Positions 38,603 through 48,734 of a stretch of DNA of 64,000 bases are shown piece by piece. Location: assembly GCA_025774845.1 (NCBI GenBank), contig JALGZP010000006.1, positions 1,284-65,283 on the forward strand, read 5' to 3'. Below the pieces are notes generated by a model. The model was not told the DNA's origin. It did no database searches and saw only the letters and a program-made list of their open reading frames with translations. Both the position numbers and the translations under genes were made by a program. Source of the stretch: a bacterium. GTDB lineage: Bacteria > Arandabacterota > Arandabacteria > Arandabacterales > Arandabacteraceae. Position 1 is the first letter of the stretch. Each line of letters opens with the position of its first letter.

Positions 38603-39445
38603 ATGAGTAGTGTCAAATTCTGGTCTTGTCTAATGGTCATTGCTGTTGGTCTTATCTTGGTCGCCGGTGTGTCGATGTCTCAGGAAGAGCCTGTGACCGA
38701 AGAGGTGACCCAGCCCGATACGTCGCTTGCAGCGCTCCTGAGATCGGTAGAGACCGTCCCTGAGGAAACAGATGTTCCGGAAGAAGGCGTGGTTGCACGC
38801 CTGAAGCAGAGCGGACTCATCGAGCTCTTCATCCAGGGCGGGCCCTTCATGTATCCCCTCCTGGCTGCCTCGATAATAGGGGCTGCCGTGATTATAGAAA
38901 GGGCTGTAACGCTCAGCCGTGCGAGAACCGATGTCAGGAAGCTGATGAGAAAGGTTCTTGATGCTCTTCATTCGAAGGGCATCGAAGCGGCGGCGGCAGA
39001 GTGCGAGAGAACAAGGGGACCGATTGCCGCAATTCTTCATGCCGGTCTCAAGCGGGCCGAGAGAGGTACGGAAGCGGTGGAGAGAGGGATCGAAACCGCC
39101 GCGACCATCGAGACGTCGTTCCTTGAACGAGGACTGATCTGGCTGTCTACGCTTGCAACGATTGCACCGCTCCTCGGCTTCCTTGGAACGGTCTCGGGAA
39201 TGATCCGGGCGTTCAACGCCATTGCTGAAGCCGAACAGGTCAACGCGAAACTGGTTGCCTCCGGTATTTCGGAAGCGCTTATAACCACCGCGACAGGTCT
39301 GCTGATAGCAATTCCGATTCAGGCCTTCCACAACTTCTTTGTCGCCCAGATCGACCGCTTCATCATTGAGATGGAGGAGTCCACTGCGGATCTGGTAGAT
39401 ACGCTTGTGATGGTTGGCGGGATGAAAGAGGATGTTGGCGCATAA
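38603..39445 (+). CDS. exbB: MotA/TolQ/ExbB proton-channel protein with N-terminal extension
   Basis: LSTLATIAPLLGFLGTVSGMIRAF and ISEALITTATGLLIAIPIQAFHNFF are ExbB/TolQ signatures. An extra signal-anchored acidic N-terminal region of about 70 aa is present. Confidence 0.88.
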   Translation: MSSVKFWSCLMVIAVGLILVAGVSMSQEEPVTEEVTQPDTSLAALLRSVETVPEETDVPEEGVVARLKQSGLIELFIQGGPFMYPLLAASIIGAAVIIERAVTLSRARTDVRKLMRKVLDALHSKGIEAAAAECERTRGPIAAILHAGLKRAERGTEAVERGIETAATIETSFLERGLIWLSTLATIAPLLGFLGTVSGMIRAFNAIAEAEQVNAKLVASGISEALITTATGLLIAIPIQAFHNFFVAQIDRFIIEMEESTADLVDTLVMVGGMKEDVGA

Positions 39446-39460
39446 GGAAGGTGAACCGAA

Positions 39461-39865
39461 GTGAAATTCGGAAGAAAATCAAAAGTACCTGACGAGATAC
39501 CGAACTCATCACTGGCCGATATAGCTTTCCTCCTGCTGATATTCTTCATGGTAAGCACGGTGTTTGCCGTCGAAGAGGGTCTGCTTCTGCAGCTTCCCAG
39601 TCAGGAGGGCATCGTCAAGAAGATATCCCGGAAGAACATCATGCGGCTGTCAGCGTTTCCGGACGGCCACGTGGAAATGGACGACGAGCTGATCCCCATC
39701 AATCAGATAAAGGTCCGTGTTGAGCAGGCCATCATAGACAACCCGAAGCTGGTCGTGGTGGTCGAGACCCATCCTGAAGCAAGATACGGCCTGATGATCG
39801 ATGTTCTTGACGAGCTCAAACTGGCCAGGGCAACGAGGATTTCACTCAAGCCGCTTCTGGAGTAA
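39461..39865 (+). CDS. exbD: ExbD/TolR biopolymer transport protein
   Basis: IPNSSLADIAFLLLIFFMVSTVF is a typical ExbD N-terminus. 134 aa, GTG start. Confidence 0.88.
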   Translation: MKFGRKSKVPDEIPNSSLADIAFLLLIFFMVSTVFAVEEGLLLQLPSQEGIVKKISRKNIMRLSAFPDGHVEMDDELIPINQIKVRVEQAIIDNPKLVVVVETHPEARYGLMIDVLDELKLARATRISLKPLLE

Positions 39866-39880
39866 TAGGCAGGGAGTACG

Positions 39881-40300
39881 ATGGCGAAATTCAAAAAGAA
39901 AGCGTCGGCGGAAAGCAAGATTCCGACCTCCTCCATGGCCGACATCGCGTTTCTGCTGCTGGTCTTCTTCATGGTAACGACGGTCCTCAAACTGGAAGAG
40001 GGACTGCCGGTTGCTTTGCCAAAGGCTGAGGCAGCGCAGGACATTCCGCGTGAGCATGTTGTACGTGTGTGGGTTGACAGGTCGGGCAAGATATCGATCA
40101 ATGACATGATTGTGCCCATGAATTCGGTTGAGGGGATTATAGCTCAGAGAATTCGCGGGAACCCGGGTATCATCGTTGCGTTCAACACCGATGAGAGTGC
40201 TCCGTACGGTGTGATGTCGGACATTATGGAGCAGCTCAAACGGGCAAGCGCTGTGAGAGTGTCGTTCACATCGAAAAAGGAAAAGGTGCGTTTTCGTTAG
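39881..40300 (+). CDS. exbD: ExbD/TolR biopolymer transport protein (second copy)
   Basis: IPTSSMADIAFLLLVFFMVTTVL. 139 aa. Confidence 0.88.
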   Translation: MAKFKKKASAESKIPTSSMADIAFLLLVFFMVTTVLKLEEGLPVALPKAEAAQDIPREHVVRVWVDRSGKISINDMIVPMNSVEGIIAQRIRGNPGIIVAFNTDESAPYGVMSDIMEQLKRASAVRVSFTSKKEKVRFR

Positions 40301-40312
40301 GAGTTTGCCAAG

Positions 40313-40924
40313 GTGACTGCAAACGCAGAACTGAAATCCAAGTATACGAAGTACCTCAATATCGGGTTTCTCATTGCCATCCTGATCCATGCTGTGGCGT
40401 TTGCGTTCTGGCCCGAGTATGTTCCCTCTGTCTATAAGCTGCGGGAGGAGAGGATCATGGTTATCGATATCCCGCCCGAGATAGAGATACCTCCGCCGCC
40501 TGAGGAGATTTCCCGCCCCGAGATCGCAGTCGAGATTGAGGCCAGCGATGAAGCAAGTGAAGATGAGACCATAGCCCCGACGTTTTTGGATGCCGAGAAT
40601 CTGCCTCCGGCACCACCACCTCCTCCGCCTGAGCCCGAGATGTTCTTTGCGTTCGACACCTACCCCGTGGTTATTGAGAGCGCGAAGCCCAAGTATCCGG
40701 AGCTGGCAAGGAAGGCCGAGGTCGAGGGTACCGTGATTGTGATGGTTACCATAGACGAGAACGGCAGGGTGCTCAGCGCATGGGTCGCCGAGTCCAGCAC
40801 TGCCGTCCTTGACGAGGCAGCGGTAGAAGCAGCATATAAGTTCAGATTCACACCAGCCAAGCAGCGCGAGGTCCCTGTTAAGGCGACGATAAGTATCCCG
40901 TTCAGATTCTCGCTGACGGACTGA
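40313..40924 (+). CDS. tonB: TonB-family energy transducer
   Basis: N-terminal TM, a Pro-rich spacer (PPAPPPPPPEPE) and the C-terminal domain KYPELARKAEVEGTVIVMVTIDENGRV...YKFRFTPA. Confidence 0.88.
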   Translation: MTANAELKSKYTKYLNIGFLIAILIHAVAFAFWPEYVPSVYKLREERIMVIDIPPEIEIPPPPEEISRPEIAVEIEASDEASEDETIAPTFLDAENLPPAPPPPPPEPEMFFAFDTYPVVIESAKPKYPELARKAEVEGTVIVMVTIDENGRVLSAWVAESSTAVLDEAAVEAAYKFRFTPAKQREVPVKATISIPFRFSLTD

Positions 40925-41064
40925 CGTCGCCCGGTGCTTTCCCTCTGATCAGCCGATGTCGGTGGGTAGAGCTTTAAGGCCGGCCTCAAGCAGTCCTTGT
41001 AGGTTTTCCCATCGCATGGTATATGTGGGTATCGAACAAGATCTGAATGGCAAGGGGGTACGGC

Positions 41065-41754
41065 ATGAAGAGAATCAGCAACCTCGGTCTGGTTTTTACC
41101 AGTCCCAGTGCTCTGGCCAGAAACATCGCCGAGGACCCGCACTGGCTCATCCCGCTGATATTAGTCCTGGCGGTCAGTTTCGTCGCGGCGTTTTCAACCC
41201 ACAAGCAGGCGTTGGAGTTTCAGCGGGCCTGGACGGAGGACATCCTTAAGCGCAGTGGCGCGACCGACGAGGAGATCGACGAGAGGTTCACCACTTCGCT
41301 GAGCAGCAGACTGACGGCTGGCGCCGGCTCGGCAGTGGGGTTCGGTATCATCCTGGTGATCGCAGCCGCCCTGTACAAGGGGATTGCTTCCATTCTCGGG
41401 GGTAAAATCGGGTTCCGCAAGATGTTCGCCCTTCAGTGCCATGCGGCCCTGATTGTGGTAGCCGGGCTGCTGGTGAAAGTGCCGTTGATACTGGCCAAGA
41501 ACAGCATAGATGTCAGAACGGGCATCGCCGCCCTTGCCCCGGGTGTCCCTCTCAGGTCACCACTTGGGACATTATTGAATCAGCTGGATCTGTTTGGAGT
41601 CTGGAGCCTCGTTGCCCTTTGCTTTGGCTTCAGCGTGCTTACAGGTCTGAGTATAAAGAAGTCCGCCGGGGCTGTTTTTGCACTGTGGGCCGTATTCGTA
41701 GTCCTGATGGTGGGTCTGGCGGTTCTCGGTTCAAAGTTCATGGGCGGAGCGTAG
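41065..41754 (+). CDS. Yip1-domain membrane protein
   Basis: ATG at 41065 follows AAGGGGG. Five hydrophobic helices follow a soluble N-terminus (FTSPSALARNIAEDPHW), an architecture typical of the Yip1/DUF1282 family. The ORF track starts at 41047. Confidence 0.6.
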   Translation: MKRISNLGLVFTSPSALARNIAEDPHWLIPLILVLAVSFVAAFSTHKQALEFQRAWTEDILKRSGATDEEIDERFTTSLSSRLTAGAGSAVGFGIILVIAAALYKGIASILGGKIGFRKMFALQCHAALIVVAGLLVKVPLILAKNSIDVRTGIAALAPGVPLRSPLGTLLNQLDLFGVWSLVALCFGFSVLTGLSIKKSAGAVFALWAVFVVLMVGLAVLGSKFMGGA

Positions 41755-41768
41755 GAAGGAGGATGTAA

Positions 41769-43067
41769 ATGAGATTCGGATCAAAGTCGCTTCTTGTAGT
41801 GATCGCGACGCTGTTTGTGAGTTTGACTGCCCCCGGGGCGAGGGCGGATGATCCACCCCTGAGACTGGATCTCGACAGGTGTGTCGAGATGGCGCTCGAG
41901 GTCAATGTATCCGTTCTCCGGGCGGGTTACGATCTGGACGTAGCGAGGAACTCCGTTATCACATCGGCATCCACGGTTCTTCCGACTGTCGGCATCTCGG
42001 CCAGTCGCTCGACCTCACCTGCCGTCGGTGGGGTGATAATCTCGCCGACCTCAACGCGAAGCTATACTACTTCGCTTTACTTCCGGGAACTGGTTACCGT
42101 GGGTGGTGTGATCGGTGTGTTCGAGTCACTGTCCAGCAAACGCGTGAGCGACCATAATCTCCGGCAGGTCCGGCAGGGCGTCTCATACGATGCCAAACAG
42201 AAGTACCTCGAGGTGCTCAAGTCTGAAAGATTGATGGCGGTGCGCAGAGAAGCTCTCGATCTGAGCCAGCGCCGGCTTGATAAAGCACAGGCACTCGTTG
42301 ACGTCGGCTCTGCTGTTAAGTCTGATGTACTGAGAGCCCAGGTTGAGGTCAGCAGGAACGAGCTGGAGCTGATATCGGCTACGAACGCATTGAGACTTGC
42401 CGAGACCGATCTCAGACACTTTCTTGCCATAAGTGATGAGGTCGACCTCGAGCTGGAGGACATACTTGAGACCAAAGAAGTTGATTACCCGCTTGAGTAT
42501 GCGCTTGCTGAAGCAATGGGTAAGAGACCGGACATAGGTATGGGTACCGAAGCGCTCGGTGCGGCAAGGGCTGCGGTCTGGAGAGAGCGAAGTGGCTGGC
42601 TCCCATACGTGTCGATTGAAGGCGACTACCGGTGGTTTGACGTAGAGTCCCCGGATGGGCTGAGTGATGTCTGGGATGATTCCGACTGGTACTGGACGGT
42701 CTATGGAGCTGTTGATATCTTTGACGGTCTTGAGACTTTCAGCCAGGTGAGAAGCGCCAAGGCCTCTAGGAAGTCCGCCGAGCAGAATCTTTTCCAGGTG
42801 AAGCGGGACGCGGCACTCGAGATCAAGCGGGCCTTCTATAATCTCGAGGAAGCCCGTCAGCGGGTCAAGATCAGCAGGGAGACCGTCGGGCTTGCGGAGG
42901 AGGAACTGAGACTTGCCGAGGAGAGGTTCAGACTGGGTGGAGCTACCATGCTCGAACAGATCGATTCACAGGTGGCCCTTAGCGAAGCACGGACATCATA
43001 CGTTGAAGCCCTCTATGACTATCTGCTTTCCCAGGCCGAACTGGTGAGAGCCATGGGAAAGGACTGA
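41769..43067 (+). CDS. TolC-family outer membrane efflux protein
   Basis: Signal peptide, then two repeated coiled-coil/beta halves with typical TolC phrases (LDRCVEMALEVNVSVLRAGYDLDVARN; RPDIGMGTEALGAARAAVWRERSGWLPYVSIEGDY). Confidence 0.85.
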   Translation: MRFGSKSLLVVIATLFVSLTAPGARADDPPLRLDLDRCVEMALEVNVSVLRAGYDLDVARNSVITSASTVLPTVGISASRSTSPAVGGVIISPTSTRSYTTSLYFRELVTVGGVIGVFESLSSKRVSDHNLRQVRQGVSYDAKQKYLEVLKSERLMAVRREALDLSQRRLDKAQALVDVGSAVKSDVLRAQVEVSRNELELISATNALRLAETDLRHFLAISDEVDLELEDILETKEVDYPLEYALAEAMGKRPDIGMGTEALGAARAAVWRERSGWLPYVSIEGDYRWFDVESPDGLSDVWDDSDWYWTVYGAVDIFDGLETFSQVRSAKASRKSAEQNLFQVKRDAALEIKRAFYNLEEARQRVKISRETVGLAEEELRLAEERFRLGGATMLEQIDSQVALSEARTSYVEALYDYLLSQAELVRAMGKD

Positions 43068-43074
43068 TCGTAAG

Positions 43075-44271
43075 ATGAAGAGCAAGAAGCGCCTGATGCT
43101 GATAGGGGTTGCGGTTGCTATAGTCGTGGTTGTGATAATCAACGTGAAACTTTCCTACGAGTCCTCCACCGAGGTCGAGGTCGAAGTGATGGGGAAGGGA
43201 GGCATTATCGAGAAGGTGTCGGGACCGGGAGTCGTACACGCGGAATCCTCGGTGAAGATCAGTTCGTCTGTGATGGGCAGGATAACCAGGCTTCCCGTCA
43301 AAGAGGGTGACCTAATAGAGGAAGGCAGTGTTCTGCTTAAGATCGAGGCCTCCCAGTACAGGGCGAGGCTCAATCAGGCTCAGGCGGCCCACAGGGCGGC
43401 CCTGGCCCGGTTGGAACTGGCCTGGGCGGAATCACTGGATGCACGTGCCGAAAGCGACCGGAAGCGCCGCCTGGCGAAGAACGACCTGGTCTCGGAAAGA
43501 GATCTTGAAGTAGCCAGGACGACTCTCGCGGTGGCGAGGGCAGGCGTTGAGGCTGCTGCGGAGGTCGCGAGGGAAGCTTCGGCATCGCTCGAGGCGGCCC
43601 GCGACAATCTTGAAAAGACGGTGATCACTGCGCCCATTTCCGGGACCGTAACCAGTTTGAATGTGGAGGAAGGTGAGATAGCGATCACGGGTACCATGAA
43701 CAACCCCGGTACCGTGCTTATGACAATCAGTGACCTTGACACGATGGAGGTCAGGGCCGAGATAGACGAGACCGATGTCGCCGGGGTGAATCCCGGCCAG
43801 CCGGTCGAAGTATCCGTGGATGCGTTTCCGGATACGGTACTGACCGGGACAGTCTCCGTGATCGGTAGCTCCTCAAGCGCGGCCAGGTCGGTTGCCTACC
43901 GGGCTGATGAGCGTTCGACCTTCGAGGTGAGAATAAGGATCGAAGACCGCCTGCCGGGCCTGAGACCCGGTATGACCACCACGGTTGATATCGTTACGGC
44001 GACCCGGGACAGTGTCGCAAGTGTGCCCCTTCAGGCGCTGGTCTTAAGAGAGGTCGGTGAGGGGGATGAGAAATCCGAACGCGAAGGTATCTTTGTTGTC
44101 AGGGATGGACGGTCGAGGTTTACGCCTGTCCGGACCGGGATCTCGGATGACAAGAACATAGAAGTTCTTCGGGAGCTCCCGGAGGATACCCGTGTTGTGG
44201 TCGGCCCGTTTAAGGCCTTGAGGGATCTGGAGGATAGTGTCAAGGTGAAGATAACCGAAGAGCGCGAATGA
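43075..44271 (+). CDS. HlyD/MacA-type periplasmic adaptor (membrane fusion protein)
   Basis: N-terminal anchor, lipoyl-like hairpin (VMGRITRLPVKEGDLIEEGSVLLKIE ... ITAPISGTVTSLNVEEGE) flanking a coiled coil, then a beta-barrel and membrane-proximal domain. Confidence 0.85.
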   Translation: MKSKKRLMLIGVAVAIVVVVIINVKLSYESSTEVEVEVMGKGGIIEKVSGPGVVHAESSVKISSSVMGRITRLPVKEGDLIEEGSVLLKIEASQYRARLNQAQAAHRAALARLELAWAESLDARAESDRKRRLAKNDLVSERDLEVARTTLAVARAGVEAAAEVAREASASLEAARDNLEKTVITAPISGTVTSLNVEEGEIAITGTMNNPGTVLMTISDLDTMEVRAEIDETDVAGVNPGQPVEVSVDAFPDTVLTGTVSVIGSSSSAARSVAYRADERSTFEVRIRIEDRLPGLRPGMTTTVDIVTATRDSVASVPLQALVLREVGEGDEKSEREGIFVVRDGRSRFTPVRTGISDDKNIEVLRELPEDTRVVVGPFKALRDLEDSVKVKITEERE

Positions 44272-45488
44272 CCTTCCTTGATCTTGTTCAGATATCCGCC
44301 ACTGCTCTCCTCAGACACAAGATACGCTCCGTCCTGACTCTTCTGGGCATTGTCATAGGTATTGTCTCGGTTGCCGCGGTTATGTCGGTGGTCCGCGGCA
44401 TCGATACGTATGTTGCGGAGCTCCTGGGGAGCATCGGTTCCCAGGGATTCGTTATCAGCAAACTGGGGATGCCGGGTAGTGAGGAAGAGTATCTCAAAGC
44501 CCTGAGGAGAAAGCCGATCCCGCCCTCAGCCGCGGAGACGATCAAGAAGGAATGCCCGTCGGTTTCACATGCTGCGCCTTTTGCTGGTACCTCCTCTGAT
44601 GTTAAACACCACAGGCAGAACGCGGAAGACGTCCGGATAGAAGGGACGACAGGTGATGCGCAATACATGACCGAGATCGGTCTCGAGGACGGCAGGTATT
44701 TCACCCCGTATGAGGTACAGCATGCCAGGTCGGTTTGCATCGTCGGCGCCGACATCGCCGAGAAGGTGTTTCCGGGCCGCGATCCGATCGGCAAGTACCT
44801 CTACATCAAAGGGCACAGATTCACCGTCATCGGCTCGCACGCAAAGATGGGGACGGTGCTGGGGATGTCACAGGACTCGTTTGTCCGGATCCCTTTCACC
44901 GCTTTCGAGAGGGTGTTCGGACGAGGTCACAGGACCAACATATCGGTTCGAAGCAAGAGCCCTGAATCAGTCAGGGATGCCATCAGGGAAGCCCGTGGGG
45001 TGATGAGAAGAATCAGGAAGCTCCGTGTGCGTGATGACGATGATTTCGGGATCCTGACCTCGGAAGCATTGATGGAAATATGGAGAAGGATCTCGGCAAG
45101 CATATTCCTTGCAAGCATAGGTGTCGGTAGTATTTCACTCCTCGTGGGTGGGATTGGAATCATGAACATAATGTTCGTTTCCGTCAAGGAAAGGACCAAT
45201 GAGATCGGCATCAGAAAGGCGACGGGTGCGACACGCAGGCAGATCATGGCCCAGTTCCTGACCGAGTCTGCCCTGCTGTGCCTGATAGGCGGGTCGATAG
45301 GTGTAGGTATCGGCGTAGGCGGATCCAAGATCCTGTCCTGGAAGACCAACGTGCCGGTGTCGGCGGAGTGGTGGTCCATCGGACTGCCGCTTGCCGTGGC
45401 GATTGCGGTCGGCCTCTTCTTCGGCGTGTATCCGGCCGTCAAGGCCGCATCGCTTGATCCGGTCGATGCCCTGAGGTACAACCAATGA
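44268..45488 (+). CDS. MacB/LolC-type ABC transporter permease (MacB_PCD + FtsX), no ATPase domain
   Basis: LRHKIRSVLTLLGIVIGIVSV N-terminus, a periplasmic domain and the FtsX motif NIMFVSVKERTNEIGIRKATGATRRQI. The start overlaps the adaptor stop. Confidence 0.85.
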   Translation: MTFLDLVQISATALLRHKIRSVLTLLGIVIGIVSVAAVMSVVRGIDTYVAELLGSIGSQGFVISKLGMPGSEEEYLKALRRKPIPPSAAETIKKECPSVSHAAPFAGTSSDVKHHRQNAEDVRIEGTTGDAQYMTEIGLEDGRYFTPYEVQHARSVCIVGADIAEKVFPGRDPIGKYLYIKGHRFTVIGSHAKMGTVLGMSQDSFVRIPFTAFERVFGRGHRTNISVRSKSPESVRDAIREARGVMRRIRKLRVRDDDDFGILTSEALMEIWRRISASIFLASIGVGSISLLVGGIGIMNIMFVSVKERTNEIGIRKATGATRRQIMAQFLTESALLCLIGGSIGVGIGVGGSKILSWKTNVPVSAEWWSIGLPLAVAIAVGLFFGVYPAVKAASLDPVDALRYNQ

Positions 45489-46696
45489 GATGGCTGACTG
45501 AGACCGTGCGAATTGCGCTTATGTCGCTCAAGGCCAATAAACTCCGGACGGTTCTGACCGTCATCGGTGTGATCATCGGAATAGGTACGATCATCGGTAT
45601 GCTGTCCCTGATAAACGGTATCAACGAGTCGGTGATGGAAGAGTTCAGACGGCTGGGTCCTGATGTCATGTACGTCACAAGAGAAGAACCGGGACTTCAG
45701 GTCGGTCCAAGCCGGAGAGACACAAAGGAGATCCTCTTAAGCGAGGTGCAGGAGCTGGGACGACGCTGCGAGTCTATCGATGAGATCTCGCTCATCGCGG
45801 ACAGGAGGGCCACCGTGGGTTACAGGGGGCGGCGGAGCGGCATGATGACCATCAGAGGCGTACTCGCCGACTACGGGGAGATAGGCAAGATCGTGATAAA
45901 ACAGGGGCGGTTCTTTAACCCCGCCGAAGGCCGGCGCTCAAGGGTGTGTGTCCTTGGCAGCGGGGTCGTGGAGGCGCTGTTCGGGAAAGTTTCTCCGCTT
46001 GACAAGCGCGTCGACATCGAGGGCAGGTCGTTCCGGGTGATCGGGACACTGGAGGAAACCGGTACGGTGTTCGGTGAGAGCAGCGATGATATGGTCATGC
46101 TTTCCTACACGTGGTGCAGGAGACTCTTCGGAGAGAGCAGGGACGACTATGCCATGGCGCTTCCTGCCGGCGGAACCGGTGTTGATGATGCTGTGGATGA
46201 TATCAGGATCACGCTCAGGGGTATTCGTAAGTTGACTCCGGGGCAGGAGGATGACTTCGCTGTATCGACCCAGGAATCCCTGCTGGACACTTATAAGCAG
46301 TTGACAGGCACGATTTACTGGGTTATGAGAATAGTAGCTTCAATCGCACTGCTTGTCAGCGGTGTCGGTATCATGAACATAATGTTCGTTGTCGTGATGG
46401 AGAGGACAAGGGAGATAGGGTTGCGGAAGGCCGTCGGAGCCCCGAGAATAGCGATCGCGGGTCAGTTTCTGGTCGAGGCGGTGGTTCTAACGTTGCTCGG
46501 GGGTCTGATCGGTATTGCTCTGGGTTTTCTTATCAGCATCACCGTTTCTGCCCTGACGCCTCTTCCTGCAACGGTCCCGTTCTGGGCGGTGCCGGTCTCG
46601 TTGGGAATCTGCTGTGCAGTTGGTATCTTTTTCGGATCCTACCCGGCCATGAGAGCTTCCGGGCTGGATCCGGTCAGGGCCCTTCGATATGAATAG
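45485..46696 (+). CDS. MacB/LolC-type ABC transporter permease, second copy
   Basis: LKANKLRTVLTVIGVIIGIGTI and NIMFVVVMERTREIGLRKAVGAPRIAI. ATGA overlap with the preceding permease. Confidence 0.85.
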   Translation: MRWLTETVRIALMSLKANKLRTVLTVIGVIIGIGTIIGMLSLINGINESVMEEFRRLGPDVMYVTREEPGLQVGPSRRDTKEILLSEVQELGRRCESIDEISLIADRRATVGYRGRRSGMMTIRGVLADYGEIGKIVIKQGRFFNPAEGRRSRVCVLGSGVVEALFGKVSPLDKRVDIEGRSFRVIGTLEETGTVFGESSDDMVMLSYTWCRRLFGESRDDYAMALPAGGTGVDDAVDDIRITLRGIRKLTPGQEDDFAVSTQESLLDTYKQLTGTIYWVMRIVASIALLVSGVGIMNIMFVVVMERTREIGLRKAVGAPRIAIAGQFLVEAVVLTLLGGLIGIALGFLISITVSALTPLPATVPFWAVPVSLGICCAVGIFFGSYPAMRASGLDPVRALRYE

Positions 46697-47954
46697 GACC
46701 ATACTGAATGTGGCGGCCGTTTTTGCCCTGCTGGGCGTGTATCTGGTACCTGCCCCCGCCACGGGAGCCGAGTTCGGTGTGCTTCCGGCCTGTTCACACT
46801 GGGCGCCCTATTTCTGTGCCGACGCAGGGTATTTCCTTGTCGGTGACACATATCAGCTTGAAGTCTACTTCCGGGTCTGTAACGAGGGCCTCCAGTTCGT
46901 CAGGGAAAACGATGGTTACACGGCGCGGGCAGACGTCGCGATCGTGGTTGAGGATGACAAGAACCGCCAGGTGACCGGTGACACCTACCGTATCAGGCTC
47001 AAGGCAGAGAAGTATGCGGAGACGACTTCGGTCGATTCATGCAAGACCCGATCCGTATCCTTCAAGGCACGGCCGGGAGATTTTGAAATGGTTGTGACGG
47101 TACGGGATGGGGATTCGGGGAGGAAGAGCAGGGTTGCGGCGGCCATTAAGGTACCTTCACTCGACAGGCGTCCCACGCTGAGCGATGTATGTCTCTTGCA
47201 CCGGGATGAAGCCAAGAGAGGTGGTAAGTGGGAGGGGTTCAGACCCAACGTCGTCAGGATCTACGATGCCACTACAGGAGACATCGCTTTCTACTATGAG
47301 GTATATCACAGTGACGGTGAAGATACCGTGACCGTCGTTCAGGAAGTCTTTGAGATGAGTGGGGCAAGGGCCTATCGGTTATCGAGTGCCATCGTGGGCA
47401 AAGGCATGACCGTGCATTTCGGAAACCTGTCGTTGGATTCGCTTTCAAATGGGCGCCATATGCTCACCGTATCGATCGCAGGGGCGGACGGCAAGCCTGT
47501 TGTCTCGCGGTCAAAGGAGTTTGAGGTCAGGACCACAAGCTTCTACTTCGGGAAGGACGCTGAAGAGGCGGCGCAGATACTGACTTACATCGCCACCAGC
47601 AGCATGATAGAGCGGTTTCTCGAGGCCGGTGAGGAAGAGAGGAAGCGGATATGGGAGCAGTTCTGGAGAGAAAAGGACCCCACGCCCCGAACACCTAAGA
47701 ATGAGTTCTATGATGAGCACATGAGACGTTTCAGATATGCCAACGAGCACTTCCCTACGTCCCTTACCGAGGGTTGGAGGACCGACAGGGGGAAGGTCTA
47801 CATCATGTACGGTGAGCCTGATGAGATCGAGGAATACCCCCTGGAGATAGGGAGAAATCCCACAGAGGTGTGGCACTATATCAGCAAAGGGAGGCGCTTC
47901 GTCTTTGTGGATGAGACGGGTTTCGGAGACTATGTTCTCATCCCCGGACGGTAG
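46689..47954 (+). CDS. GWxTD-domain protein
   Basis: Signal peptide, FWREKDPTPRTPKNEFYDEHMRRF, GWRTDRGKVYIMYGEPDEIE and FVFVDETGFGDYVLIPGR. Overlaps the permease stop by 8 nt. Confidence 0.75.
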   Translation: MNRTILNVAAVFALLGVYLVPAPATGAEFGVLPACSHWAPYFCADAGYFLVGDTYQLEVYFRVCNEGLQFVRENDGYTARADVAIVVEDDKNRQVTGDTYRIRLKAEKYAETTSVDSCKTRSVSFKARPGDFEMVVTVRDGDSGRKSRVAAAIKVPSLDRRPTLSDVCLLHRDEAKRGGKWEGFRPNVVRIYDATTGDIAFYYEVYHSDGEDTVTVVQEVFEMSGARAYRLSSAIVGKGMTVHFGNLSLDSLSNGRHMLTVSIAGADGKPVVSRSKEFEVRTTSFYFGKDAEEAAQILTYIATSSMIERFLEAGEEERKRIWEQFWREKDPTPRTPKNEFYDEHMRRFRYANEHFPTSLTEGWRTDRGKVYIMYGEPDEIEEYPLEIGRNPTEVWHYISKGRRFVFVDETGFGDYVLIPGR

Positions 47955-47969
47955 CTCCGGGTCTGATTT

Positions 47970-48734
47970 ATGGCAGTAGTATGTCGTGCGGTAGCGGGCT
48001 TAAGATCACGCCCCAGCACTTGTTCAGAGCTGCTAACCCAGGAGGTTTTCGGTAGAAGCCTTCAGGTCGAATCCTTGAAGGGTGACTGGGCGAAGTGCAC
48101 GCTGGCCGACGGTTACAGAGGTTGGCTGCCGCTAAGGTCGATATCCCTCGACAAGCCATGTGTTCCGACCCACATTATAGTGAAGCGTTTTGCGAGGGTC
48201 AGCTCCCCCGGTGATACCGACCTCCTGATTCCGATGGGGAGTCTGGTAAACGTCGTGGGAAGACCGGAAAGTAGCTACCTGCTCGAGCTTCCCGGCGGTG
48301 GGCACGGCAGGATAAGCCGTGAGGGTGTCAGAAGACTCACCACGCTGCCGTGGAGTCCCGGGCGATTCAGACCACTTATAAGGGAGGTTGCGGGCACCCC
48401 GTACCTGTGGGGAGGCAAAAGCACCTTCGGATTCGATTGCTCGGGTTTGGTCCAGTTCGCCTTCGGTTTCTTCGGTATCGACCTGCCGCGTGATTCGGGT
48501 GATCAGGCGAAGGCAGGAAGGGCGGTCAGGGATCTTGCCGGTCTCGGCGAGTATGATCTTGTGTTCTTTGGAGCCAGACGCAGGATCGATCATGTGGCAG
48601 TCCACCTGGGCAACCTGAGGATACTCCATGCCTCAGGCTGTGTGCGGATCGAGTCGCTCAAGCAGGGCTCGCGTCGCTTCCGGTCCGATCTTCTTACATC
48701 GCTAATATCAATGAGACGGGTCTGGCATGTTTAG
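47970..48734 (+). CDS. NlpC/P60 (C40) peptidase with SH3-like N-terminal region (YkfC-like gamma-D-glutamyl endopeptidase)
   Basis: GTPYLWGGKSTFGFDCSGLVQFAF (catalytic Cys) and IDHVAVHLGNLRILHASG (His). The N-terminal WAKCTLADGYRGWLP looks SH3b-like. Confidence 0.85.
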   Translation: MAVVCRAVAGLRSRPSTCSELLTQEVFGRSLQVESLKGDWAKCTLADGYRGWLPLRSISLDKPCVPTHIIVKRFARVSSPGDTDLLIPMGSLVNVVGRPESSYLLELPGGGHGRISREGVRRLTTLPWSPGRFRPLIREVAGTPYLWGGKSTFGFDCSGLVQFAFGFFGIDLPRDSGDQAKAGRAVRDLAGLGEYDLVFFGARRRIDHVAVHLGNLRILHASGCVRIESLKQGSRRFRSDLLTSLISMRRVWHV

